NCBI GenBank assembly: GCA_022447855.1
Contig: JAKUTX010000004.1
Span: 20,815 to 84,814, forward strand
DNA from: SAR202 cluster bacterium
Lineage (GTDB): Bacteria > Chloroflexota > Dehalococcoidia > Lucifugimonadales > UBA6927
DNA: 64,000 bases
Direction: 5' to 3'
Positions 39,234 to 48,177 of the stretch are shown here, piece by piece. How positions within the stretch are numbered: position 1 is the first letter of the stretch; each line of letters starts with the position of its first letter. A program made the position numbers and the translations under genes. The notes beneath the pieces were generated by a model. It was given only the letters and a program-made list of their open reading frames with translations, made no database searches and was not told where the DNA came from.

Positions 39234-40751
39234 ATGCCTATACATGGGAAAGTATACCTAATTGGAGCAGGCCCAGGAGACCCTGGATTGATTACTGTTA
39301 AGGGTCTAAGAATATTGCAAAAAGCAGATGTCGTAATTTTTGACTCATTAGCGAACAACGCATTATTAGAAGAGTGTAATAAAAATGTTGAACTAATAAG
39401 CGTAACATCGTTGGGTAAAGTTCCTAGAAGACAAGAAAATATCAACAATTTGTTAATTTCTAAAGCCGAATCGAGAAGAGTAGTTGTTAGATTAAAAGGA
39501 GGAGATCCTTTTGTTTTCGGAAGAGGTGGAGAAGAAGCTGAGGCTTTAGCATTAAAAAACATTGACTTCGAAATCATACCAGGCATTTCATCTTCAATTG
39601 CAGTACCGGCATATGCAGGAATTCCTATTACACACCGAAAACATGCATCACAATTTATTGTGATTACTGGAAACGAAGATCCCGAAAAAAATGCTTCTCA
39701 AATTGATTGGAAATTAGCAGCTAATGGAAAAGCTACAATTGTGGTATTAATGGGAAGGAAAAATCTTCGTTCAATCACTAATACACTGATCAAGGAAGGA
39801 ATGGACCCAAATACACCAGCAGCAATAATATCTGATGGAACTTTACCTACTCAAAAATCAATTATAGGAAATTTAGAAACCATTTCTGACAAAGCAGATA
39901 GTTTTAAAATTAAATCTCCCGCCATAGCTATTTTTGGAAAGGTTGTCAATCTTGAAAGTACAATTTCATGGTTTTCTCCTTCTAATATCAAAGGGAAAAA
40001 AATCCTAATTACAAGAGCTGAGCATCAATCAAAAAAATTGATCGATGGTTTGGAGAAGCTTAACGCATCTCCAATTGCCATTCCTACAATACAAATTCAA
40101 TCACTATCAAATTATTCGAAATTAATTGAAGCACTAAACAAAATCAATCAATATTCATGGATAGTTTTTACTAGTGTAAATTCAGTTGAAATCGTTTTCT
40201 CTCAAATCAAATCTTTAGGAATGAATCCTGAACATCTACTATCTGATATCAAAATTGCAGTAATAGGTAGTGCAACCGCTCAAGCTATAATAGATGCTAA
40301 ATTAACTCCTTCAATACAACCTCAACCATACATTGCGGAAGAATTAGCTGAGTCAATTTCTGAACAATCTAAAAGTAATGCAAAAATATTAATTCCCATT
40401 TCTGCAAATGCAAGAAACACGCTTAACGACAGTTTAACTTCTAAAGGATTCAATGTAGAAACAATTGCAATATATAAGACAATAACACCCAAAAAGTCTA
40501 CTTCAGAAATTAATATGAATTTAAAAAAAGGAATTGATATAATCACCTTCACTAGTGGATCCACAGTTAAAGGATTATTCGAGATCCTAGATGGTGATAT
40601 TACATTTATAAATTCTTCTGTTGTAGCCTGTATTGGTCCAATAACTGCAAAAACATGTGTTGAATATGGTATTACACCAGATATAATAGCCAGTAAACAT
40701 AACATTGAAGGCTTAATACAAGCTATCAATGATTACTTTTCAGAACTCTGA
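39234..40751 (+). CDS. cobA: fused uroporphyrinogen-III C-methyltransferase / uroporphyrinogen-III synthase
   Basis: N-terminal half has GKVYLIGAGPGDPGLITVKG and RLKGGDPFVFGRGGEE (SUMT). The C-terminal ~250 aa has HemD-like architecture (KKILITR..., FTSGSTV). Confidence 0.9.
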   Translation: MPIHGKVYLIGAGPGDPGLITVKGLRILQKADVVIFDSLANNALLEECNKNVELISVTSLGKVPRRQENINNLLISKAESRRVVVRLKGGDPFVFGRGGEEAEALALKNIDFEIIPGISSSIAVPAYAGIPITHRKHASQFIVITGNEDPEKNASQIDWKLAANGKATIVVLMGRKNLRSITNTLIKEGMDPNTPAAIISDGTLPTQKSIIGNLETISDKADSFKIKSPAIAIFGKVVNLESTISWFSPSNIKGKKILITRAEHQSKKLIDGLEKLNASPIAIPTIQIQSLSNYSKLIEALNKINQYSWIVFTSVNSVEIVFSQIKSLGMNPEHLLSDIKIAVIGSATAQAIIDAKLTPSIQPQPYIAEELAESISEQSKSNAKILIPISANARNTLNDSLTSKGFNVETIAIYKTITPKKSTSEINMNLKKGIDIITFTSGSTVKGLFEILDGDITFINSSVVACIGPITAKTCVEYGITPDIIASKHNIEGLIQAINDYFSEL

Positions 40752-40761
40752 GGCATATTGC

Positions 40762-41742
40762 ATGTTCCCAAATAAAAGATTACGTAGACTTAGAGGCTCA
40801 AGTTCATTAAGGGACCTTGTAAGAGAAACCCAATTATCTCCTGATGATTTCATTTTCCCTATATTTATTACTCATGGTAAAAATATCAAACGCGAAATTT
40901 CTCCAATGCCTGGGATTTTCCAATTTTCAGTGGATTTACTAGAAGAAGAAATCACCGAACTCTTAGAAATTGGAATAAAAGGTGTTTTGCTTTTTGGAAT
41001 CCCGTCAGTCAAAGATGAATTAGGAACCGACGCTTATTCAGATAACGGAATCATCCAACAAGCTATCAAAAAAATTAGATCTGTTTCGCAACAATTGATA
41101 ATTATTTCTGATATATGTTTGTGTGAATATACTAACCATGGACACTGTGGAGTGTTAGAAAACTTCACAGTAGATAATGATAAAACTCTGAGTCTACTTT
41201 CAGAAATGGCTTTATCACACGCAGCAGTGGGTTCAGACATAATCGCACCCTCAGCAATGATGGACGGGCAAGTAAAATCGATCAGGTCAGCTTTGGATAA
41301 CGCTAATATGCATTCAACTCCTATAATGAGTTATTCAGCGAAGTATGCATCATCATTTTATGGACCCTTCAGAGTCGCCGCAGAATCGGAACCTAAATTT
41401 GGAGACAGAAAAAGCTATCAAATGGATCCAGGGAATATAAGAGAGGCGATGTTGGAAATTTCTCAAGACATTGAAGAAGGAGCCGACATAGTAATGATCA
41501 AACCCGCCCTAGCCTTTCTGGATGTAATTGCAAAGGTTAGGAATACATTTGATTTACCTATTGCAGCCTTCAATACCAGCGGTGAATATTCAATGCTAAA
41601 AGCCGCATCTCAAAACAATTGGATTAATGGGCCAAACGTAATGAAGGAACTACTTACTTCGATCAAACGGTCAGGATCAGATTTGATAATTTCCTACCAC
41701 TCAAAAGAAATAATCAAATTACTCAATGAAAAATATTCTTAA
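40762..41742 (+). CDS. hemB: porphobilinogen synthase (Zn-type)
   Basis: RLRRLR, the Cys-rich metal site DICLCEYTNHGHCG, and active-site lysine regions. The ATG at 40762 follows GAGG. The ORF track start at 40729 would overlap cobA/hemD. Confidence 0.95.
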   Translation: MFPNKRLRRLRGSSSLRDLVRETQLSPDDFIFPIFITHGKNIKREISPMPGIFQFSVDLLEEEITELLEIGIKGVLLFGIPSVKDELGTDAYSDNGIIQQAIKKIRSVSQQLIIISDICLCEYTNHGHCGVLENFTVDNDKTLSLLSEMALSHAAVGSDIIAPSAMMDGQVKSIRSALDNANMHSTPIMSYSAKYASSFYGPFRVAAESEPKFGDRKSYQMDPGNIREAMLEISQDIEEGADIVMIKPALAFLDVIAKVRNTFDLPIAAFNTSGEYSMLKAASQNNWINGPNVMKELLTSIKRSGSDLIISYHSKEIIKLLNEKYS

Positions 41743-42172
41743 AAAATCGTGAAATCCTCTTTGACCAAATTTTTAGAATTACTTTGCTAAGAATCTCATC
41801 AGATGTTATAGGTCCGAAATCCCTACTATCTGTACTTTGAATTAAATTATCACCAATGACAAAGTATTCGTTTTGATTCAATTTCCATGAACCTTCATAA
41901 TGATTCGCTATCCCTATGGAAGTACCAGATGAAATTAATTTGTCATTAATGAATAAGTCTCTACTTTTTATTCGCACAATGTCATTTGGAATCCCTATTA
42001 CTCTCTTAATAACTTTCCTTAATTGACCGTTAATTCTACGTACAATAACCACGGCTCCAGAAGGTGGTTGAATGTCCTGAGAATTTAAAACTAAAATTAA
42101 CTCGCCTTCTTTGTATGAAGGAAACATACTGTGCCCTTCTACTCTATATATTTCTAAATTACCAATCCGCAT
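41723..42172 (-). CDS. sodX: S26 signal-peptidase-like NiSOD maturation protease
   Basis: Ser/Lys dyad motifs GHSMFPS and KRVIGIPND, plus GDNLIQSTDSRDFGPI. Divergently adjacent to sodN. Confidence 0.8.
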   Translation of the reverse strand: MRIGNLEIYRVEGHSMFPSYKEGELILVLNSQDIQPPSGAVVIVRRINGQLRKVIKRVIGIPNDIVRIKSRDLFINDKLISSGTSIGIANHYEGSWKLNQNEYFVIGDNLIQSTDSRDFGPITSDEILSKVILKIWSKRISRFFKNIFH

Positions 42173-42341
42173 TAAATATTAAACCAACTATTAAAGAAAC
42201 TTCACATTAATCAAAATATCCAGCGTTCGCATATCGAATCTATCATACCAATTTATTGCTTATCTAATCATTAGATCGACCTTGCGCATTAGGTAATGTT
42301 TTAGTATCTTCAATTCTAGAAATACTTTTTAGGGGAATGAT

Positions 42342-42809
42342 ATGAATCTTTTTTCAAAACTTTTACACTCAATCAAGATCGAAACAGTCAGTGCACATTG
42401 TGACGTTCCATGTGGGATTTATGATCCGATTTCGGCCAAAATCGCTGCACAAACTGTTCTAAAAATGGCAGTCAGGCTAGAAGCTGTTGATCTTCCACCT
42501 ACTGATATTGCAGTACCAAATTCAGTCGCTCGATATGTTGCTGTTAAAGAAGAGCATGCACAGCTAGTTAAAAGCGAACTAAATACGCTATGGGCTGACT
42601 ATTTCAAACCTGAACATCTTGATCAATATCCTAATCTTCATGAATTAGTATGGAATGCTAACAAGCTTGCTGGTGCTAACAAACAAACCGTTAGTTCTGA
42701 ATCAGCAAAACAATTAGTAGATTCAGTTGACGAAATTGCGAAAATCTTTTGGGCTACTAAAGGGGTTGACTATAGCGACCCCAATGCTGATATAAGATTT
42801 GGAGCATAA
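42342..42809 (+). CDS. sodN: nickel superoxide dismutase precursor
   Basis: 18-aa propeptide followed by the Ni-hook HCDVPCGIYDP. Confidence 0.9.
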   Translation: MNLFSKLLHSIKIETVSAHCDVPCGIYDPISAKIAAQTVLKMAVRLEAVDLPPTDIAVPNSVARYVAVKEEHAQLVKSELNTLWADYFKPEHLDQYPNLHELVWNANKLAGANKQTVSSESAKQLVDSVDEIAKIFWATKGVDYSDPNADIRFGA

Positions 42810-42817
42810 AATCATTT

Positions 42818-42853
42818 AAATGGGCTTGTATTTTTTTACAAGCCCATTTTTTA
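42818..42853. terminator. bidirectional intrinsic terminator between sodN and the convergent cupin gene
   Basis: Perfect 13-bp stem (aaatgggcttgta / tacaagcccattt) with a ttttttt loop. T-run on the plus strand after the stem and an A/T run on the other side. Confidence 0.7.
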
Positions 42854-42883
42854 CTACTTGATCCAAAACAATCGGTTACTTAA

Positions 42884-43213
42884 TCACTTCTTATAATCAG
42901 TCCGAGGTGGACTGAAAATATCTAGTGCGAGCGCTCTTTGATCTGTGGCAATCAAACTATGTTCGACATTCGAAGGAATTATATACATTTCTCCTTCTTG
43001 TATCATTCTTGTTTCCTCACCAATGGTAAACAAAAATTCACCTTCCAATACTATTCCCGCCTGCTCATTTTCATGAGAATGAGCTTCCATTTTCGCTCCA
43101 GGTGAAATGGTTACTATACTCATCATCACATTTTCTCCCCAAGTAGTTTTCAATGAAACTCCAGGAGAAATCTCAAATGATTCTATCTTTTGTGAATCTA
43201 TAAAATAACTCAT
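42884..43213 (-). CDS. cupin domain protein
   Basis: Cupin motifs G.KMEAHSHENEQAGIVLEG and G.MYIIPSNVEH. Confidence 0.8.
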   Translation of the reverse strand: MSYFIDSQKIESFEISPGVSLKTTWGENVMMSIVTISPGAKMEAHSHENEQAGIVLEGEFLFTIGEETRMIQEGEMYIIPSNVEHSLIATDQRALALDIFSPPRTDYKK

Positions 43214-43229
43214 TTAATATCTCTCAATT

Positions 43230-44165
43230 CTAGGAAAAATAACTTCCTCTTGCACGTTGATCATGAATCGATAAGCAACTGAAAATAAAATCGTTAATTG
43301 GGGTATCAACATTAATTTCTTTTGCGGTATTAGAAATTGCGCCAGTAATCACATCAATTTCTAAAGGTTTTCCATTTTGCAGATCCGCATACATTGATGA
43401 GACTAAATTCTTCCTATTTGCCGTCAGCTCTTCCAATGTTTCCTCAACAATAGATGGATTGATATTCACTCCAAGATTACGTGCAACCAAAGCAGCTTCT
43501 TCTAATACTTTAGATACCAAATGTGAAGTATTTAAATTAGCCATAACCTCATCAAATGTCCCCCTTGTAACACACGTAAGTCCGCTCAAAGCTGAAATAA
43601 AAATTAATTTGTGCCACGCATCTCGCTGAATATCATTCGATATAGAAGCATTGATTTTTGAGTGGGTCAATATCTTCTCAATTGATATCATTCTTGAAGA
43701 ATTCACTTCATTCTCACCGCCAAAAATTATTTTTGGATAATCTCCGTGAAAAGTCACAACTCCCGGAGACAACTGTTCAGCTTCAACATAAATTACACCT
43801 TGTAAGACTTTTCTATCTCCAAATTTTTCAATAAGTTTTTGTTGACTGCCAATTCCATTTTGTAAAGTAATAATGGTTGTATTTGCAGAAACAGCGCTAG
43901 TCATTATCTCCATTGCTTGATCAGTTTGATAGGCTTTAACACAAAATAACACCAGATCTACTGTACCGAGTTCTTCAGAGTTATCAGTAGCAAATAAATC
44001 TAATCTATCCATATCCTCCTCTCCGTGTTTTAGCAGCAGGCCATTTTTACGTATTGATTCCAAGTTTTCACCACGCGCAACCAAAGTAACGTTTTGTCCT
44101 GATTGAGCTAATAAGCCTCCCAAACATCCCCCTACTGCCCCAGCACCCATAATTAAAATATCCAT
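43230..44165 (-). CDS. ketopantoate reductase (ApbA/PanE) family 2-oxoacid reductase
   Basis: N-terminal ILIMGAGAVGGCLGGLLA Rossmann motif, an ApbA_C-like C-terminal half (SSMYADLQNGKPLEIDVITG), 311 aa. Confidence 0.85.
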   Translation of the reverse strand: MDILIMGAGAVGGCLGGLLAQSGQNVTLVARGENLESIRKNGLLLKHGEEDMDRLDLFATDNSEELGTVDLVLFCVKAYQTDQAMEIMTSAVSANTTIITLQNGIGSQQKLIEKFGDRKVLQGVIYVEAEQLSPGVVTFHGDYPKIIFGGENEVNSSRMISIEKILTHSKINASISNDIQRDAWHKLIFISALSGLTCVTRGTFDEVMANLNTSHLVSKVLEEAALVARNLGVNINPSIVEETLEELTANRKNLVSSMYADLQNGKPLEIDVITGAISNTAKEINVDTPINDFIFSCLSIHDQRARGSYFS

Positions 44166-44180
44166 GAGAAGTACTACCTT

Positions 44181-44477
44181 TTACTTAATCTCGATGACAA
44201 TATTGCTATAAATTTCTTCCCCAGCATTCGTTACACGGTGAAGTGCCCCTTTTTTTCCCATAACCACCTGCCCCACAGAAAGTGGCGAAGTTGAAACTTC
44301 CCCGCTTTCATGTTCTGCCTTCAAGGAACCTGAACGAGTAACAACAAAACAATAATTAGTATTGTGTCTATGCCAATCACTCGATTCACCAGGAGATAGC
44401 TCAAGATTCCAAACTCTAATCAAATCATTTTCAAACATAAATTCTGTTCCGACATCCCCCAATTTAGAATCATCCAT
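44181..44477 (-). CDS. small cupin-like protein
   Basis: 98 aa with SPGESSDWHRH ... GALHRVTN, a two-motif cupin pattern. 15 nt upstream of the KPR gene. Confidence 0.6.
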   Translation of the reverse strand: MDDSKLGDVGTEFMFENDLIRVWNLELSPGESSDWHRHNTNYCFVVTRSGSLKAEHESGEVSTSPLSVGQVVMGKKGALHRVTNAGEEIYSNIVIEIK

Positions 44478-44740
44478 TATATCCTCCTATACGTTCAAAA
44501 TTTTAGATTTTGTGACTATAAACATATGTTAATGCTTCCAAAGGTTTTGTCAAAATTATTGAATTAGAATTTTCATTAGAAATATGAGAAGACATTTAAT
44601 CAACCCTAAGACTAAAAATTCAAATCCTATACTGATATTGGGAATTATTTGTATTTGTACACAGAAAATTTGATACTATTTCTCCTTAACAGTCGAACTG
44701 TTAGAATACAATTGCCTAGTCAATAAAATTTGGAGTAATT

Positions 44741-45817
44741 ATGATAAGCAGAGATAGATTAATCAAAACTTTCACTGAAATTGTTCAAATCGATAGTCCA
44801 TCTGGTGAAGAAGAGGCTATGGCACAATACGTTATATCGAAACTTGAAAAATTTGGATTAAGTGTTTCCAGAGACGATTATGGGAATGTCATAGCCAATG
44901 ATGGTGGGGAAGATCCAATATTGTTGTCTGCTCATTTAGACACTGTCGAACCTGGAAGAGGAATAAAACCAATTATTAACGGTGACAGAATTGTCTCCGA
45001 TGGCTCCACAATATTGGGAGGAGATTGTAAAGCAGGTGTTGCAGCAATATTGGAAGCATTAGAATCAATAACAGAAGATAACATGTCACACCGTAGCATA
45101 GAGGTAGCATTTACAAGAGAAGAAGAACTAGGATTGATTGGCGCGCATAACCTGAATTTCACAATGTTAAAGAGCGATACTGCAATTGTATTTGACGGAG
45201 AAGGACCATCAAGCCAAATCACATCGGCATCTCCAACAAATTTTAGTTTTGATATTGAAATTATTGGACGAAGTGCACATGCAGGAGTAGAGCCTGAAAA
45301 AGGGATATCTGCAATCAAAATTTCTGCAGATTTAATATCTAAATTACCTCAAGGCAGACTAGATGAAGAAACAACCTTCAATGTAGGAAAAATCGAAGGA
45401 GGAAGTACTAGAAATACAGTTGCTGAAAAAGTTTCTATTCAGGGAGAATTTAGAAGTAGGAGCACAGAAACTGTAGACAATCTAAAACTTCAAATCAACG
45501 AAACCATAAAAGAAATCCTAGAAATATATCCTGATGCAGTCATCAACAATGAATTACAAATTAAATTTCAGACATACACCCTTACTGATGAAGACAAATC
45601 TACAAACCTAGTCAAATCTGCGCTTATATCAATGGGACTTGAGCCAGAAATGCAGCCCTCAGGAGGCGGAACCGACGGCAATGTATTCAGATTAAATGGA
45701 ATCAGTGCTGTAGTAGTTGGAATGGCAGATCACAACATGCATACCAAAAGGGAATATGTAGTCATTCCTGACCTAATTGATTCTGCAAATCTGTGTGAAA
45801 CATTGTTAACTAGTTGA
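44741..45817 (+). CDS. M20 family peptidase/amidohydrolase (PepT-like)
   Basis: SAHLDTVEPG, GGDCKAGVAAILEAL, TREEELGLIGA and GRSAHAG motifs. Confidence 0.85.
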   Translation: MISRDRLIKTFTEIVQIDSPSGEEEAMAQYVISKLEKFGLSVSRDDYGNVIANDGGEDPILLSAHLDTVEPGRGIKPIINGDRIVSDGSTILGGDCKAGVAAILEALESITEDNMSHRSIEVAFTREEELGLIGAHNLNFTMLKSDTAIVFDGEGPSSQITSASPTNFSFDIEIIGRSAHAGVEPEKGISAIKISADLISKLPQGRLDEETTFNVGKIEGGSTRNTVAEKVSIQGEFRSRSTETVDNLKLQINETIKEILEIYPDAVINNELQIKFQTYTLTDEDKSTNLVKSALISMGLEPEMQPSGGGTDGNVFRLNGISAVVVGMADHNMHTKREYVVIPDLIDSANLCETLLTS

Positions 45818-45833
45818 TAAGGATTTCTCGTTA

Positions 45834-47108
45834 ATGGATGTACGGTTATCATATGGAAAAACAGGATTAATTATCAAATGTCCTCCCAAACAAACGACGG
45901 TAATTGAGCCTACATTTGTAAATTCTTTACCAGACCCTAAGGGAGCGATTCAAAATGCAATCCGAAACCCAATTGATTCAAAACCATTAAAATCATTAGT
46001 CAAACTTGGACAAAAAGTAGGTATTTCAGTCTGTGACATTACCAGACCAATCCCTTCAAAATTGATTCTTCCTATACTCCTCAAAGAACTAAAACATATC
46101 CCCAAAGAAGACATTACCATATTCATTGCGACTGGAACCCACAGGGCTAATACAAAGGATGAATTAGTCAACATGTTAGGCTCAGAAATCGTAGATAATT
46201 TTAAATTATCAAACCATAATGCATTCGACAATGAGAATTTAGTCAACACAGGATTTACCGAAAATGGTATCCCAATAGAATTAAACAAAACGTGGATAGA
46301 TCAAGATGTAAAAATTACCCTGGGATTTGTCGAGCCTCACTTTTTTGCAGGATTTAGCGGGGGGCCTAAAATGGTGGCCCCTGGATTAGCAGGATTTAAA
46401 ACAATTATGGCCCTACATGACTATCAGATGATTGCCAATGAAAATGCACGTTGGGGAGTCACTATTGGCAACCCAATACATGACTCAATACGTGAGATCG
46501 CTACAAAAAACCCAGTTACATTTGCAATTGACGTCACTTTAAATAGAAACAACGAAATAACTTGCTGCTACGCAGGGAATTTATTCAAAGTACATAATGC
46601 TGCAATAGATGTAATTAAGCGAGTTTCAATGAAACCCCTTCAAGAGGCTTTCGATGTTGTCGTTACTACCAACAGTGGATATCCTCTAGACTTAAATATG
46701 TATCAATCTATCAAAGGTATTTCTGCAGCATATCAAATAGTAAAAAAAGGAGGGATTATCATATGCGCATCAGAATGTTCTGATGGAATACCAAAACATG
46801 GAGAATACAAAAACATTCTTTCTTCAGCATCAAACCCAAAAGAACTACTTAAACAAATATCAAATCCAAAACACAAAAAACATGATCAATGGCAAGCACA
46901 AATTCAAGCGCAAATTCAAAGCAATTCAAGAATTAAATTTAAATCAGATTTTCTGTCTAATGAACAAATAGAAACAGCATTTATGGAACCGATATCAGAT
47001 ATTTCAGAAACAATCCAAGAAATTCTTAAGAATCTTCCTAATACAGCAAAACTATGTGTACTACCTGAAGGACCTCAGACTATCCCCTATTTAAGCAACA
47101 AAGAATAA
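45834..47108 (+). CDS. larA: LarA family nickel-pincer-cofactor-dependent 2-hydroxyacid racemase/epimerase
   Basis: 424 aa. Block-by-block match to my recollection of the L. plantarum LarA sequence: CDITRPIPS, ATGTHR, EPHFFAGFSGGPKMVAPG, TIMALH, NSGYPLDLNMYQSIKG, DQWQAQIQAQI. Confidence 0.85.
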   Translation: MDVRLSYGKTGLIIKCPPKQTTVIEPTFVNSLPDPKGAIQNAIRNPIDSKPLKSLVKLGQKVGISVCDITRPIPSKLILPILLKELKHIPKEDITIFIATGTHRANTKDELVNMLGSEIVDNFKLSNHNAFDNENLVNTGFTENGIPIELNKTWIDQDVKITLGFVEPHFFAGFSGGPKMVAPGLAGFKTIMALHDYQMIANENARWGVTIGNPIHDSIREIATKNPVTFAIDVTLNRNNEITCCYAGNLFKVHNAAIDVIKRVSMKPLQEAFDVVVTTNSGYPLDLNMYQSIKGISAAYQIVKKGGIIICASECSDGIPKHGEYKNILSSASNPKELLKQISNPKHKKHDQWQAQIQAQIQSNSRIKFKSDFLSNEQIETAFMEPISDISETIQEILKNLPNTAKLCVLPEGPQTIPYLSNKE

Positions 47109-47495
47109 TTATTCTACAGAAACTACTGCTCCAGCTTCTTCAAGTTTAGACTTTGTTTCATCGGCATCGTCTTTGCTAACACCCTCTTTAACATTTGCTG
47201 GGGCACTTTCAACTAATTCCTTAGCTTCGCGAAGACCTAGACTCGTAACTTCTCTTACAGCCTTGATTACATTGATTTTATTAGAACCAACTTCTTTCAA
47301 CACTATATTGAATTCACTCTGTTCATCGTCTTGAGCAGATGCTTCCGAGCCTGCAGCAGCTCCTGGAGCGACTGCAACAGCAACAGGCGCAGCACTCACA
47401 CCAAATTCATCTTCCAGTGCTTTTACTAAATCAGCCATATCTAGGACTGACATCTCTTTAATCGCTTCAATAATTTCTTCTTTAGAAAGGGCCAT
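47109..47495 (-). CDS. rplL: 50S ribosomal protein L7/L12
   Basis: Ala-rich hinge and [21 protein letters not shown] motif. Confidence 0.95.
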   Translation of the reverse strand: MALSKEEIIEAIKEMSVLDMADLVKALEDEFGVSAAPVAVAVAPGAAAGSEASAQDDEQSEFNIVLKEVGSNKINVIKAVREVTSLGLREAKELVESAPANVKEGVSKDDADETKSKLEEAGAVVSVE

Positions 47496-47527
47496 CGTTT
47501 ACTCCTTATTTTATTAACTAGTATTGA

Positions 47528-48055
47528 TTAATTTTGAGTATTTAATTGTTGCATTCTATTGTTTAGAACTGTTGCTAATCCGACAATAGGATTATTTAGA
47601 ACCTGAACCAATCGTGAAACAGGTGATTGAATCTGACGTGCAAAATTTGCTATTAGCTGATCCTTTGAGGGCAATGTGGCTAATTTCTCTAACTCGTCAA
47701 TTGTCAATAATGTATCATCCATAATACCCCCTCTTATCTTTAAGGGTAATCTAGACGTAGAAATAAACTCAGTAACAGTTTTAGCTATAGAAACAGGATC
47801 CCCGCTTCCATAAGCTATACCAGTAGGACCTTCAACGATTTCCTGAATTTTGGGCTTACCAGATTTTTCCGCAGCCAATCTAGCAAGGGTATTCTTTATT
47901 ATTGTATATTGTACTGAATTTTGACGAAATGCTTTGCGCATCTGGTTCATATCATTAGCAGACATTGAGGTGTAATCAGTAGATACAAGCATCTCATACT
48001 GAGACATCCATTCAGCCATTTTCTCAACATCATTAATTTTTTTATTTGTAGGCAT
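47528..48055 (-). CDS. rplJ: 50S ribosomal protein L10
   Basis: Position upstream of rplL. L10-like sequence (LRKAFRQNSVQYTIIKNTLARLA). Confidence 0.95.
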   Translation of the reverse strand: MPTNKKINDVEKMAEWMSQYEMLVSTDYTSMSANDMNQMRKAFRQNSVQYTIIKNTLARLAAEKSGKPKIQEIVEGPTGIAYGSGDPVSIAKTVTEFISTSRLPLKIRGGIMDDTLLTIDELEKLATLPSKDQLIANFARQIQSPVSRLVQVLNNPIVGLATVLNNRMQQLNTQN

Positions 48056-48177
48056 TTTAACTCCAAAAAAAAACCCGAATCACAGACTCGGGATTAAAGC
48101 TTTATATTAGAAAGCATTACCTCGGCAGGCGTTTACACTTTAACCTAAATAGGGCCCACTGTCTGCGGTTAACTATA
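48056..48177 (-). promoter_or_regulatory. rplJ (L10) leader with terminator-like hairpin
   Basis: 122-nt spacer, unusually long for this window and richer in G+C than its surroundings. The minus strand reads CCCGAG-tctgtga-TTCGGG followed by T9 (48065-48092), immediately before the GGAG SD of rplJ. Confidence 0.45.

Noticed and set aside
39149-39586. 145-aa antisense ORF inside cobA/hemD. Similar long antisense ORFs occur at 40322-40729, 44932-45318, 45950-46288, 56687-57085, 58964-59353 and 60515-60886.
   Set aside because: Each lies wholly opposite a confidently identified gene. They have Ser/Pro/Ile-rich shadow-frame composition and no recognisable motif or RBS. These are typical antisense shadows.
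42173-42341. Searched the sodX-sodN divergent spacer for a Nur/NikR-type palindromic operator
   Set aside because: Only short, imperfect inverted repeats were found (ttcgCATATcgaa). These are not distinguishable from chance in AT-rich DNA.
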